Positions 41,401 through 54,915 are shown, numbered from the whole stretch's first letter. The stretch: DNA of 63,826 bases, filler included, from Reclinomonas americana ATCC 50394 (GCA_048213135.1; 12 parts of 12 records of this genome joined end to end with filler, not necessarily neighbours in it), one strand, 5' to 3'. Translations and numbers: made by a program. The notes: a model not told the origin generated them from the letters alone.

Positions 41401-44400
41401 TCTTCTTCTTCTTCTTCTTCTTCTTCTTCTTCTTCTTCTTTTCTCTCTCTCTCTCTGCTCTCTGCTCTCTGCTCTCTGCAGAGAGCGCTCAGTGCACACC
41501 CTTGACCCTTATTTTTCTTTCTCTGGTCTATCTCGCTCTGTCGCACTCTGCCGCATCCTGAGCCCCTCAAGACAATGTTGACGGCCCACCTTTGCATGTT
41601 CACAACGGATCCTTGTCATTCTTTCTTCCTCTTCTTTATAAATCTCTCTCTCTCTCTCTTTTTCTCCACAAGTCCACGATCATGACCCCTCTGCGCACGC
41701 TCTGTGCACACTCTTGGCCTTCCTTCCACCTCTTTCTCTCTCTCTCGCTCGCTCTCTCGCACCCTGCACTCCTCAGGACCATGCAGACAACTCCTATGTG
41801 CACGGCAAGTGCACACCCTTGGCCTTGCTTTTTTCTCCTTCCTATCTCTCTCTCACACACATTGAGCACCTCAATGTCACGTCGACGACTCCTCTGTGCA
41901 CTCTCCGTGCACACCCTTGGCTCCGCCTTCTCTTTCTTCTGTCTCTCAAGGTCATACTGACAAACCCCTCTGAGCACACTCAGAGCACATCCTTGGCCTT
42001 GCCTTCCTCTTCTTGTCTCTCTTCTCGTTTCTCGTTTCTCCTTGTCTCCATTTCTCTTCCCTCTCTCNNNNNNNNNNNNNNNNNNNNNNNNNNNNNNNNN
42101 NNNNNNNNNNNTTAATTAATTAANNNNNNNNNNNNNNNNNNNNNNNNNNNNNNNNNNNNNNNNNNNNCCCCTCGCTGCATTCCGCCTACTCCTTCTCCTT
42201 CCCCTTCCCTCTCTCTCTCCCTGCACTTTGCCTTCTCCTCTCTTCCCCCCTTCCCCCTCCCCCACACCTTATGATCCTCCAAATCATGCCTCCCCCGCAA
42301 CCGAATCAACCACCAAACCAACAACAACGGCGTCGCCGCCGTCACAATCGCCAAAATCACAAACAACGGCAGCAGCCTGCTCCACCTACGTACCCACCAC
42401 CAAACTTAAGTCACATCCCCGCACCCTCTCACCCTCACCACACCACCAAAAAAAACGCAACTGCCCCTCAAAGCACACAATACTCGGCGAAAACAGCACC
42501 ACATGCTTCTCGCCCACTCGCGTGCACGTGAAGAATGTGACCACCGACTCCAGCACACCCTCGTACACACCAATCGCCAGTACCACCGTCGTCGACACGT
42601 ACCGATCGGCGTGCGACATGCGATCGAACCAGGCCACGAAGCGGTAACCGCGACCGACCACCCGTCGCGAGCGCTCACAAATGCGCGTGCGCAGAAACAG
42701 CATCGCCAGCAGGCGGTGCGCGAGGTACGTCACCCACAGAATGGAAATGTACACCACCGGCGACACAAAGTGCGCAATCAGATCGCCGACGCCATCCAAG
42801 TAGAACGGACAGCCGGTGTTGCCGGCGAAGCGCGGGAACCAGAAATTGAGCAGGCGCCCGACACTCAGCAGCTCCACGTTGGGGTAGAAGAGCAGCGTGG
42901 TTGTTTGGAGGAGGAAGAGGATCATCTCGGCGGAGGCTGCGGAGGGGGGATAGGAGAGAAGAAGTGTGTTAGCAGAATCGCGGTCTCCCTCCCTTCTCAC
43001 CCCTCCCCCTTCTCCCTCCCTCCCTTCCCCTTCCCTTCCCCCTTCACCTTCTCCTTCACCCTGAAACGCCACATGCGTAAACAACACAAACGCCCACATC
43101 GTCGCCAATACCCACACCAACGCCGCATTCGACCGCCGACCACACTCAATGCACTCGCCCTGCCACAACGAAAACCCCGCCTGACACGCGCCACACAACG
43201 GCGACTGCGGATCCCGATCCGTACTCGGATTGCAGTAGTTGCCACGCACCACCGGCTCAGACGCATCGCGCAAACAATAGTCGTACGGACACAGATAGGC
43301 GACAATCTCGCCCGAGCGCGGCGGCTCAATCGCGACCCCCGTGGCGCCCCCCGACAGCGCCGCCTGCGGCACCTTGTCGTCGCTGAGGGCGAACGTCCAG
43401 TACGACGAAATGACTTGCACATCCAGGCCGCCATTGCACTCGACGTGACTCGGACACGAGAGGCAGCGCTGATCAAACGCCGCCGTCGGCAGCGAGTAGT
43501 ACTTGGCCGGACACTGCTGGCACCCAATGCCCGCCTGGTACTCTTGCGACGCCGGGCACGAGTCGACGTCCAGCGACAGCACCGACGGCAGCTCGCCGAA
43601 GGCGACGGAGCTGCCGAGCACCACCACCATCGCATTATTGTTGTCGCCGTCCCGCGTCGTGTCGGTGGAGTTGGTGCGTGTCGAGTTGCCGCGGACGACA
43701 ATGGGCAGCAGGAATGTGGCCACGCCGTCAATGGTGCCACGTGATTGGTTCTTGGACTGCGGGGGTGGGAAAGGAGGGTGAGGGGCGGTGAATCGCACAG
43801 CAAGGGGGGGCGGCGGGAACGCAACGCCTTCCGAGCAGCCGGCGCAGTAAATCGAAAACACCGCCCCATCCAGCGTCGTCATGTGATGACCGAATACGTC
43901 GTAGGCCTTGAGGTAGAGCACGCGTGGCTCGGTGGTGGAGGGGTAGCGCGATATGGAGGAGGAGTCGAGCTCGGCGGCGGCGGTGAACAGACCTGAGGAG
44001 GTGATGGGTATAAGTCCGAAGGATGACTCTCTCTCCCTCTCTAACAGACACCCTTCGCCGTCGGCTCTTCCTCCTCGCTCTGAACCACTCAGTCTGAGAG
44101 GAACCTTACCATTTGCTCTTGCCACTCTTTCATTCTCTGAATCTCTTTCTCTCTCTCATTACACACACTGAGAGAATACCGTCACCATCCGTGCTTCTCC
44201 CACTCATCCTCTGAGAGACAACTCCCTGCCTCTGAATCTCTTTTTCTCTTTCTCTCTCACTTCACCATTTGCTCTCGCCTCTCCTCTCATCCTCTGAGAG
44301 ACAGCTCCTTGCTTCTGAGTCACTTTTCTCTTTCTCTCTCACTTCACCATTGCTCTCGCCTCTCCTCTCATCCTCTGAGAGACAGCTCCTTGCTTCTGAG

Positions 44401-47400
44401 TCACTTTTCTCTTTCTCTCTCACTTCACCACTGCTCTTGCCCTTCCTCTCATCCTCTGAGAGACAGCTCCTTGCTTCTGAGTCACTTTTCTCTTTCTCTC
44501 ACACTTCACCATTGCTCTTGCCTCTCCTCTCATCCTCTGACCTGCTTCTGAATCTCTTTTTCTCTTTCTCTCTCACTTCACCATTGCTCTTGCTTCTCCT
44601 CTCATCCTCCGAGAGACAACTCCCTGCTTCTCAATCTCTTTTTCTCTTTCGCTCTCACTGAGAGTAATCCTTCACTATCAACTCTTGCCTCTCCTCTCAT
44701 TCTCCGAGAGACAACTCCCTGCCTCTGAATCTCTTTTTCTCTTTCTCTCTCACTTCACTCTCAACTCATGCCCCTCCTCTCATTCTCTGAGAGACAACTC
44801 CCTGCCTCTGAATCTCTTCTTCTCTTTCTCTCTCACTTCACTATTGCTCTTGCCACTCCATCTCATCCTCCGAGAGACAACTCCCTGCTTCTGAATCTCT
44901 TCTTCTCTTTCTCTCTCACTTCACCATGTGCTCTTGCCACCCCTTCCCATCCTCTGACAGACAACTCCCTGCTTCTCAATCTCTTTTTCTCTTTGTCTCT
45001 CACTTCACCATTGCTCTTGCCACCCCTTCTCATCCTCCGAGAGNNNNNNNNNNNNNNNNNNNNNNNNNNNNNNNNNNNNNNNNNNNNTTAATTAATTAAN
45101 NNNNNNNNNNNNNNNNNNNNNNNNNNNNNNNNNNNNNNNNNNNGCATCTTGCCACTGGCTGCGACCGGAGATGAGGGCGTGCCCGCCCGACGTGCGCGCA
45201 CTATTGTCGGCAAACTCCGTCTGCTCGGTCGTCACGCGCGCCAGGTGCGACACAAAGAGAGCGCCGCCCGCGAGCTGCGCCTTGTTCGACAGCACCTTGC
45301 AGCGCAGCAGGTGCACCTGCGTGACACCGGCCGCGTACAGGCCGCCGCCATCGGCCGCGGTCGCCTCATTGTCGCGCAGCGTGCACTCGACAAACTCGTG
45401 CTGACTCTCGTCGTCCACGTACACACCGCTGCCGAACAGGGCGTGATTGCCGACAATCTCCGCGCCATTCCACACACTCTGCGACTGCGCCTCAGCAAAC
45501 ATGCCGCCGCCAAAGCGCCCGGCCGTGTTGCCGGCCACCGACGCCACGCCGCCGCCAGTCACAGTCAACTGCGACCGCGATGACAGATAGACGCCGCCGC
45601 CGTGGCGCGAGGCCGTGTTGAAGGCCACTGCCGTGGTGCCGGCGAGGAAGAGCTGCGTGCCGCTGGCCACCACGGCCACACCACCGCCGTACTCGGCCCG
45701 ATTGTTGACTGCCTGCAGATCGGTCGCCGTCGCCGTGGAGCCGCTGAGCACCAGCGCCACGCCGCCACCCGCACTCTCCAGCGACACATTGTCGGCTACC
45801 GTGCACCGCAGCAGCGTGACACCGGCATCCACGCACGACACACCGCCGCCACTCCAGCGCGCCGAGTTGCGCTCCACGCGCGTGTCTGACAGCGTGGAGC
45901 CGCGATGCATCACCACGCCTCCGCCACTGGCCAGCCCGCCGCCGGCATCCACGGTATTGTCGCGCACAATGCACGACGCGGCCGTGGCCTGCGACAGGAA
46001 CAGCGCTCCGCCGCCGCAATTCGTGCCCACCGGCACCGTCCACACGGCTGCATTGCGCGAAAAGACCGAGTTGAGGAGGCTGACTGGTCCGTTGGCAAAC
46101 ACCGCCCCTCCGCCCGTGGCACTGCCGGTGCGTGCGCCGGCCACGCCGCGGCCGCCCACATTCGCCACGCGATTGCCGTCGAAATCGCAGCCCGTCACGC
46201 GAATGCCAGGATTGAGCAGCAGCGCGGCGCCGCCGCCCGCATTCGAGCCGCCGTCAGCGTCGGCACTGGTCGTCGAGTTGCCGCCCGTGGCATCACCGCT
46301 GGCCACGTTCTCCGCAAACGATGAGCCGGAGACGAGGAAGATGGCGTCCATCTGCAATTGATTTTTAGAAAGGGTTGTGGGAGAAGAGAGGGTGGTGAAG
46401 CGAACCACTTGTTGTGAAGGGGCGGTGAGATGCATGGCGCCGCCGCCGTGGTAGAACCCGAAAACCGACGCCAGGCGATTGCCGGCGCCCGCACAACCGT
46501 TGCGTGACGATGCGTTGCGGAGGAACTTGGAGCGCGTGACATTCTGCGCAGAGTGGTGTCAGTGGCACAGGAGAGGGTCACTCACGCACGGACACGAACC
46601 AGTCGCGCCGACGTGAAATCGCTGGAAGAGTACACCAGGATGCCGCCGCCGCCGCATGAAAACGAGCTCGCGCTGCCTGAGAAGGCATTCGAGTCGCCAC
46701 CGTTGCCTGCAGTGGGAAGTGAGATAACGAACTGACGATGACAAACGATGACATCTCTTACCATTTCGAGAAGCGGTGTTTCCCGTGGCAACAGTGTCCG
46801 TCAGCTGCGTGGGAGGAGGTGAGCATCACCATTGTTAACTGAGCAAGGCACTTGTCTGCTTTCTCAATCACACTTGCCTGTGCAGTTCCACGCAGAGACA
46901 GGAGGACGGCACCACCGCCGGCGCCACTGACGGACGACTCGCCCGAGATGCCATTATGCGAACCGCCACACCCATTGCCGTCAGCCGTGTTGTTGACAAA
47001 CATGAGACGGTCGAGGAACTTGTCGTCGGCGCAGTGTGAGACACAACATCGACGAGATTCGACGGAGAAGGACTGTGACTCACCAGCGACGACCGCAGCT
47101 TGTTGCTAAAGGCGACCTCCTGGTCGATAAACAGCAGAGCTCCGCCGCCCAGCCACTTGCCGCTGGACGACCCCGACGTGTCAACGTGGCTCCCGCCTCG
47201 ACCGTTGGAGAGCGCCGCATTCTCGGTGAACGTGCAGTTCTGCACACGGGCAGTGGCCTGTCGCAGGGGCATGAGAAAGCACAGCCAGACTTGCGCGAGA
47301 GATGGACAGGCACGCACCGAAATCGCCACGTCTCGGAAACTGATCAAGACAGCTCCGCCGCCGACGCCACTACTGCTACTGTTGGAGGTGTGCGATTTGG

Positions 47401-50400
47401 AACCTGTGGGGGCGAAGAAAGGCGTGAGAAAGAAGAAAGGGAAAGAACGAAAGGGGAGTGCAAGAATGAGAAGTATGCGGAAAGGCGTGGGTGGCACAAT
47501 GTTTGTACTCACCGCCGTTGCCATTGCCCTGCGCAGTGTTTTGGAGGAACGAGCATCCGGCAATGTTCTGCGACGCCGAGATTGAGCCTTGACACAATAG
47601 CTTGCGCACAACAAATGGCACTGACCAAGTTGGACTTGCTGGAGCCACTGGTACTGAAGACTGAAATCAGCGCACCACCGCCGTGTGCCGTGCCCGATGA
47701 CGACGTGTCGCAAAAGACACGACCGCTCAGGTCGTTGTAGCACCCGTTGCCTGGTTCTCGTAAGTGAGCCTTCCAGTTGCACACAAGCAGTAGCAGGGGA
47801 AGCGACATACCACCAACACCATTGTCGATTGCTACATTGCCAACAAACGTGGAATTGAGGATTTGTTGATTCTGCGGGAGGTAGCCAACTGAGAACGCCA
47901 CGAATAACCCACAAAAACGACGAAGACTATGACAACACACCTGTATTGTTCCCACCGAGCCATAGATAAACGAAAGCACTGCCCCGCCTCCCAGATTATT
48001 GCCCGTCGCAGTGCCGACCGTTCGACTTGCCGACCCTGCACGCATACATGAGACATGAAAACAGCAATGAAGGCAGACGATCGTCATTTTGCCGTACCAC
48101 CGCGACCATTGTTGGTGGCCATATTATTCACAAACGAAGACTGGTCGATGACGTGCAGCTGCATGGAACACGTCAGCATGACGACACAATCGCAGAGAGA
48201 GCAATGGGAGAGGGAGTGACAGCACCATGCCAGCCTTGTTGCCACATTGCATATTCAGCAGCACTGCACCACCTCCGTTGAAATCACCGGTACTTGGTGC
48301 GGTATTCGCCGACGTTCCTGCAGAGTTGATTGTCAGTGACGTAGAGACAGAGAAGTGAGCAGGCAGACGGATACCTCCGACGCCGTTGTCATCCGCATGA
48401 TTACCGACGAACGAGCAACCGGTGATGATCTGCACATGCCCAGTCAGTGAGCACGAGACTAGTATTGCCATCAGAGGAGACACACGCAACCTGTGCCGAC
48501 TGCGAGTTTCCGTTATTACCCATCGAAGTCAACACAGCGCCGCCACCAGAATATTGGAGATGAGCCTCGCCGCTTTCGTCAGACATCCCGACTGCACACA
48601 ATGATCAGAACCAGGTGAAACAAGGTGACAGCGCGACAGTCGTCACTCACCAACGCCATTGCGCGAAGCCTCGTTGTTGGCGAAAACACAGGCGTGCAGA
48701 TTCTACGCAGTGGAGATGAGATATCAGAGAGAAAGCACAACTATTGTCTCTCAGTCACGAGGTGTGGGAGAGAGGCAGAGATTGAACACTCAACTCAGTC
48801 TACGTCACCGAGAAACGAGCACAACACAGTGTGCGACCAGTCTCTTGCCACACAAGAATCAAAGAGAAGCAGAGACGGAGCACAGTCCATCTCACGGAGA
48901 AACGAGCAACTGAAGATGCATCCTGTCTCCCACTCACACAAGAAAGTGAGGCAGAAAAAGAACGCAGTCTATCTCCCAGAGAAAAGAGCACAACTACATG
49001 TGCGCCCCGTCAGCGAAATGAGCACGACAACAGTCTCTCACTCACACAAGCATGAGAGAGGGGCACAACGAACACACAGTCAATATCACAGAGAAACAAG
49101 CACGACTACATGTAGGCCCTTTCTCTCATTCGCACAGGAATGAAAGAGAAGCAGAGACGGAACACAGTCCATCTCACAGAGAAACGAGCAACTGAAGATG
49201 CACCCTGTCTCCCACTCACATAAGAATGAAAGAGAAGCAGAAAGTGAACACAGTGTTTATCACAGAGAAACGAGCACAACAATATACGAGCCCTGTCCCT
49301 TGCCCACACAGGAAAAACTGAACCCACAATCCGCATCACAGAGAAACGAGCACAACTAAGTGGGCGCCCCCCTGTCTCTCTCGCACAGGTATGGAAGAGA
49401 GGCAGAGACTGAACACACAGTATATATCACAAAGAGCACAACTAAGTACGCGCTCTGTCTGTTGCCACACTTGTATGGAAAGAAAAGCAAAAATGAATTC
49501 AGAGGCGTGCAGGTTGCATACTATTGTGAGAAGATACAACTGCGAAACGAGCTCCGCTACATGCACCCGTCTTCTCTCACACAAGTGAAAAAGCATGGCG
49601 TGCCAGGTGCAGCGTTGCACACTGACCCCCCTGCCCTTTATCTCCCTCTCCCTCCCTCCCTCTCTCCCTCCCTTCCCTCTCCCCTCCCTCCCTCTTTCCC
49701 TCCTTTCCCTCTCCCCCCTTCTCTTCCCACCTGCGTGATTAACGACGCATCACTGTTGAAGGCGGTGAGCATTGCACCACCGCCCATGTAGGCAGCATTG
49801 ACCACAGACGTCGTCCCGAGCTCTGCCCGCAACACACACGTTAAGTCCCACCAACACCAGCAACGCAGCTGCTGCCCAGCACGCACGCACCACTTCCACC
49901 ATTGTCGTTCGCCGCATTGCCGGTAAACTCCGTGCCCGTCACATTCTGAATTGCGTCGCCGCCGTACGCCGCGAACGCCGTCCACATCGCGCCGCCACCC
50001 ACAGAGCCGCCGCTGACCGACGATGAGGGACAGTAGCTGCCGGCTCGTCCGAGACGGACGACGGAGTTGCCCGTGAAGACGCTGTCGCGAATTGTTTGAG
50101 ACTGCACCCACCGAGATGAGTCAAACAGGATCGTTTGCAAGGACGAGCGATCTTGGTGGCGCGCAACGTGAGTCGGCCACTCAAAGACGTCGCCCGTGAA
50201 CAGCGACCACATGGCACCGCCGCCAGCCGAACCACCTCTGGAGTCACATGAGGCCGAGCCAGCCAGGAATCCTGCAATACCTGTCAGCATCTCTACACAT
50301 CCTCGCAGTCTCGCACACGAACCACCAATGGCACTGTCTGTCGCCGTGTTGTTGGTAAACTCACAGTGATCCACCGTCTGCGTCTGCAACAGGCAAGGGG

Positions 50401-52570
50401 CGTGAGACCATCAGCGTTGAATGAAGAGCGCCGGTGAGTCACGAAACTGCCGACGTGAGAAAGACTGTGAACAGCGCTCCTCCACCGACTCCAGCGGCCG
50501 TCACCGAGGCCGAGTTCTTGCAACTTGTGCCACTGGTCGCCACGTTGCTCACCACGTTGGAGTGGAAAATGGAGCGCGAGAGCTGCGGGAGAGTGTGAGT
50601 CCTAGCAAGTCAAGCAATCCATCGGCAAATGAAGCGCAAACAAACCTCCATGGTCAGCGGCTCGGGCTCGTCAAATATTCTAAACGTGGCAAACACTGCG
50701 CCGCCGCCACTGGCCACGAACTTGTTGACGTCGGAAAGGGAGCTCGGAATGTCCGTGCCCACAATGTCGCACGACGCAGATGAGCCACTGTCACATGGCA
50801 AGTCAGCAGAAGAAGAGGAAGCCTCGACGCATACACACAGGCATCATCACGCAACTAGCCACCGCGACAGACACTGACGACGCTATTGTCTCTCACTTGC
50901 GAGTCGACAATCTGCGCCACACACCACGGTAAGGCCTTTCCCCCTCCTCCACCAAGCATGTCGCCCTCTCTCACCGTCAACGACAGTGCCGACTTGATAT
51001 ACACCGCACCTCCACCGCACTCGTAGCCAGAGCTGCCGTCGGTGTTGAAATCGCCGCCGTTGCACGAGCTGACAACCGAGTTGCCGACAAGGGTGCAATT
51101 AGAGAACTGCGAATAAGGGGGTGAGTGCGATCTCACACCCTTTACATCCACAAGTCATGCCCCACTCACCGAGTAACGGCCGCGTGCCACACTGCTGTAC
51201 AAGGCACCGCCTCCACTCTCCACTCCCCCCTGGCTCATCAGTTCACACGGACTGCCAAACTCGCACGAGTAGCCGTTGGCCGAGTCGGAGACGCGATTGT
51301 CGGCAAACACAGAGTCGCGCACGGTGACATTGACGGGCGCATCGGTGATCGTGCCTCCTGTGATTTGCAGTGCGCCACCACCGATTCCCGAGCGGCCGGC
51401 GGCGGCGTCCAGCGATCCATTGCCCGAGTGCACCACTCGATTGTGTCGAAACTCGGAAGCGCTAACCTCCACAAACCCATCGTACAGCACCACCGCAACC
51501 GCACCACCACCGGCATTATTAAAGGGCACGCCAGCGACCGTGTTGTTGGTGAATGTGCACTCCCGCAGCGTCACATTCAGCACACCGACCTCCCCCAGAT
51601 CGTTAATGTCGCCAGCAATGTACATGGCGCCGCCGGCGCCGCCAGCACCCTCCACACCGCTGTCAGCAGCGCCGCCCACCACCGCCACTGTGTTGTTGCT
51701 CATGGTGACACGCACGAGTTCCACCACCGTCACCACCGCCGCCGTCTGCTCCACATGCAGCGCGGCACCAAAGGCCTGCCACGGCGCACGCACCAAGCAG
51801 TTGAAAAACACCGAGTCCTGCACGCTCACGAGGCGCACATCACCAACAATCGACAGCGCCGATCCCCCATCGCTGACGGAGTGGAAGCCCGCAAACACCG
51901 AACCGAGCACCTCCACCACACCGCCCGCACTGCTGGCGAGCACCACCCCCGCAGCTGCGCCCGTGAATGTACAGTTGCTCAACCGCGCCACCGACTCCTC
52001 CTCCACAGCCATTGCCATTTCTTCCTGCTCCCACACCAGAAACGGCGCAGAGGTACTAATGACGTCCGCCACGGTCGTGACGGTGAGGCCCGAGATTGAC
52101 AGCTGCGTTGCATTGCGAAACAGCCACAGAGGGATATCTTCGTCAGCAGCAGCAGCAGCTGGCACCAGCAACTCCACCGCATCGGCCTCGACGTGCACAT
52201 CACGCCCTGCACGCACAATGAGCACAGAGGGAAGAAGGGAGATAGCGAGAAAAGACGGATTCGAACGCACCGAACACGCGCATCGCACAATCGACCTCGC
52301 CCACACAATCGTACACACCCGCCTCCATGTGCACCACCAGCGCCCACGACAGATCCTCACTCGCAAACTCCCACTGCTCACATCGCGAGAGGGCATCACG
52401 GAGTGCGCACGGTTGATCCGCAGTCGATCCGCATTCATCGGTGCCAGATCGCCAGCTCACAAACACTGATGTTGCTAATGAGAGAGAGAAGGGAAGCGCG
52501 AGATGGGGAGAAAGGAAGGGCGAATGACGAACCGTGACAATCGGGGCTCCCGTGTGCGCATAATGCAATC
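38488..52570 (-). CDS. Giant surface protein: pectin-lyase-like/Pmp beta-helix repeats, Cys-rich region, multi-pass TM domain, Pro/Ser-rich cytoplasmic tail
   Basis: N-terminal VFVSWRSGTDECGSTADQPCALRDAL...EAGVY. Many GGGA(V/L) and FxxNxA repeats. CPASQEY...CQQCP...CPYDYC...PLCGACQAGFS. Several hydrophobic helices with TFFTC...PSIVC, RFGPLYDQFKP, HPYHHQKDNVLE. Crosses gaps at 42068 and 45044; both ends approximate. Confidence 0.72.
40020..40470. repeat. Intronic ~18-nt minisatellite (TCTCTCCTCCTGTGTCGC-like)
   Basis: Repeated units visible; translate as repeated VSLSPP. Confidence 0.75.
44200..45043. repeat. Intronic ~81-nt tandem repeat, about 10 degenerate units
   Basis: CATCCTCTGAGAGACA(G/A)CTCC...CACTTCACCATTGCTC recurs; ORF track shows a 27-aa periodicity. 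Confidence 0.85.
48720..49590. repeat. Intronic degenerate tandem repeat
   Basis: AGAGAAGCAGAGACGG...CACAGTCCATCTCAC.GAGAAACGAGCAACTGAAGATGCA at ~48862 and ~49145, with shorter GAGAAACGAGCAC subunits. Confidence 0.7.
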
Positions 52571-53047
52571 ACTGGTGACACAGCAATGTGTGGTGAGATA
52601 CAGCGTGCAGGGAAAGGGAGACGGCAAGGGAAGAGGAGGGGGAGAGAGATGGAGGAGGAGAAGGAGGAACAGAGGGAGAGTTCGAAACGAGAAGACGAGA
52701 AACAGTGAAGAAAGCAAAAGATATGGAGGGAGAAGAAGAGAGCAAATGGAGAGGAAGAGGAGGAGAGGCATCAGTGAATAGAGAGGCAAGAGAAGAGACA
52801 GGAGAAGAGTGGACGAGATACGGAGAAGAACAAAGAAGATGGAGAGGTAAGAGAAGAGAGAAACGAGCTGCAGAGAAGCGAAGAGGATTAGGGAGAGGCA
52901 TCAGTGAACAGAGTGGCAACAGAAGAGAAGAACAAAGAGAAAACGAGAACGAGATACAGGGAAGAGATGAGAGGCAGAGGAGGTGATGAAGACAGACAGG
53001 CAGCAGTGGAACAGTGAGTAGGAAAGAGAACAGACGAAGAACAGCAT

Positions 53048-53087
<40 letters not shown>

Positions 53088-53754
53088 CGACTCAACAGAC
53101 AAGCAGCCACCACACGCATACGCAGAGGCGCATGCCTTCGCTTGCTCCTCTTCTTTATCGCTGTCTGTTGCATGCAGGACACCACTCTTTTTCACATNNN
53201 NNNNNNNNNNNNNNNNNNNNNNNNNNNNNNNNNNNNNNNNNTTAATTAATTAANNNNNNNNNNNNNNNNNNNNNNNNNNNNNNNNNNNNNNNNNNNNCAG
53301 AGAGTGCAGAAACAAGAGACCTCAGACGAAGACAGGGACTCTCTGTCTACCCTCTCTTCTCTTCTCCCTCTCTCTCCCTTCTCGCATTCTCTAGTTGCTT
53401 CTCACCCTCTCTCTCTCTCTCTCCGTCTCTCTCCGTCTCTCTCCCTTGTCTCCTTTGTATTCCACTCTCCACAGTGTCTCTCTTGCTGCCCATTGGTGCT
53501 GCTGATTGTGTTTGAGAGACAGAGGATGGCTGCTGTGCCCTCCTCCTGTCCTTCTGTCTTTCGCACTCAATCTCTTCTCCCTTTCTTTCATTCTCCCTCT
53601 CCTCTCTCTTGCCTTGTTCCTTCCTGCGCCCTCCTTTTCTCCCCATACCCTCTCATTTCTCCCTGTCCTCCCTCCTTCCCCATCCCCTTCTCCCCTCACC
53701 CTTCCCCTTTCTCCCCCCTTCTCCCTTCTCCTTTTCACTTCCCCTCCCACGCAG

Positions 53755-54482
53755 TGGTGGTTCACGCCTTTGTCAGCCCCCGCCGCGGCATCCCCTTCAA
53801 ACTCTGGCCCGCCGCCGCCGCCCTGTGCACCTTCATCGAACGCGAGGCAGTGCGCGAAGAACGCATCAGCGGGCGCATGGTGGTGGAGTTGGGTGCCGGC
53901 ACCGGGCTGGTGGGCTTGGTCGCCGGCGCGCTGGGAGCTGGATCGGTGCTGATTACTGATTTGGAGATTGGTGCTGTTCTGCCACCGCTCCATCCTTTCC
54001 CCCCATTTTGCTCATCATTCTCCCCAACAGTGGTACCGCACATGGAGCGCAACATTGAGGTGAATCGCGAGCACGGCACCGAGTGTGGCAACGTGCAGGC
54101 GCACGCGTTGCCGTGGGGACAGCCGCTGGCACCGCTGCCGAGTGCGATCGACACGGTGTTGCTGGCCGACTGCGTGTACTGGGAGACGTTGTTTGAGCCG
54201 CTCGTGAGCACCATGGTCGATCTGTGTCGGTGGAATCTGGAGGTGTGTGCTAAAATCTCCAACTATCTTTGTCTTCTTTGCTGACCCGAATGGTTGTGGC
54301 AGCGCGGAGCCGATCCACCCGTGTTCCTCATGTGCCAGGTGCGCCGACGGCGGCGCGTGGAGAATCGCTTCTTTGGCTTGCTGAAGAAGCGCGGTTTTGT
54401 GTATCCGATGGTGGATCGCATCGCCAGCGAGAACATTCGTGCCGGGTGTGCCTTGTATCGCATCGAGTACACGAAACGGTGA
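53755..54482 (+). CDS. METTL21/Methyltransf_16-family protein lysine methyltransferase (5' partial)
   Basis: KLWPAAAALC, VVELGAGTGLVGL, LITDL, LPWG, LLADCVY motifs; two short GT-AG introns; TGA at 54480-54482. Confidence 0.85.
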
Positions 54483-54792
54483 TGTGTTGCGAGGAGAGTC
54501 AGCATGCATGCATTCTCGCATGAAATGGTGGATCGCATCGCCAGCGAGCCGGATGTGCCTTGACGAAACGGTATGTGTTGAGAAGGCCAGCAGGCATGCA
54601 TTCGTGCATCCAGTGGCGGATCGCATCGCCTTTAAGTATGAGCAGAGTGTGCCTTGTATCGCATCGAGTTCACGAAACGATGATGTGTTCGAGACGAGTC
54701 AGCAGGCATGGTTGATTGTATCGCCAGCGAGAACATTCGAGCCGGGTGTGCCTTGACGAAATGGTGATGTGTGTCAGCAGGCATGCATTCAT
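54410..54792 (+). repeat. Four degenerate tandem copies of the methyltransferase 3' end
   Basis: GGATCGCATCGCC...GTGTGCCTTG...ACGAAA.G.TGATGTG..CAGCA.GCATG recurs at ~54412, 54529, 54618 and 54715. Confidence 0.8.
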
Positions 54793-54915
54793 TCATTCCG
54801 ATCACAAGCACGCACGTACACAGACAAGACTAGCTGGCATTCATATAGGAGAGGGGAAATAGAGAAACACACAAATTCATGGTTACACAGAAGAGAAAAG
54901 AGAGAGACAGGAGCA

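Noticed and set aside
42503..43744. Long plus-strand ORFs (also 51125-52469, 45615-46361, 60214-60945 on minus)
   Set aside because: Antisense shadows of GC-rich exons of recognised genes.
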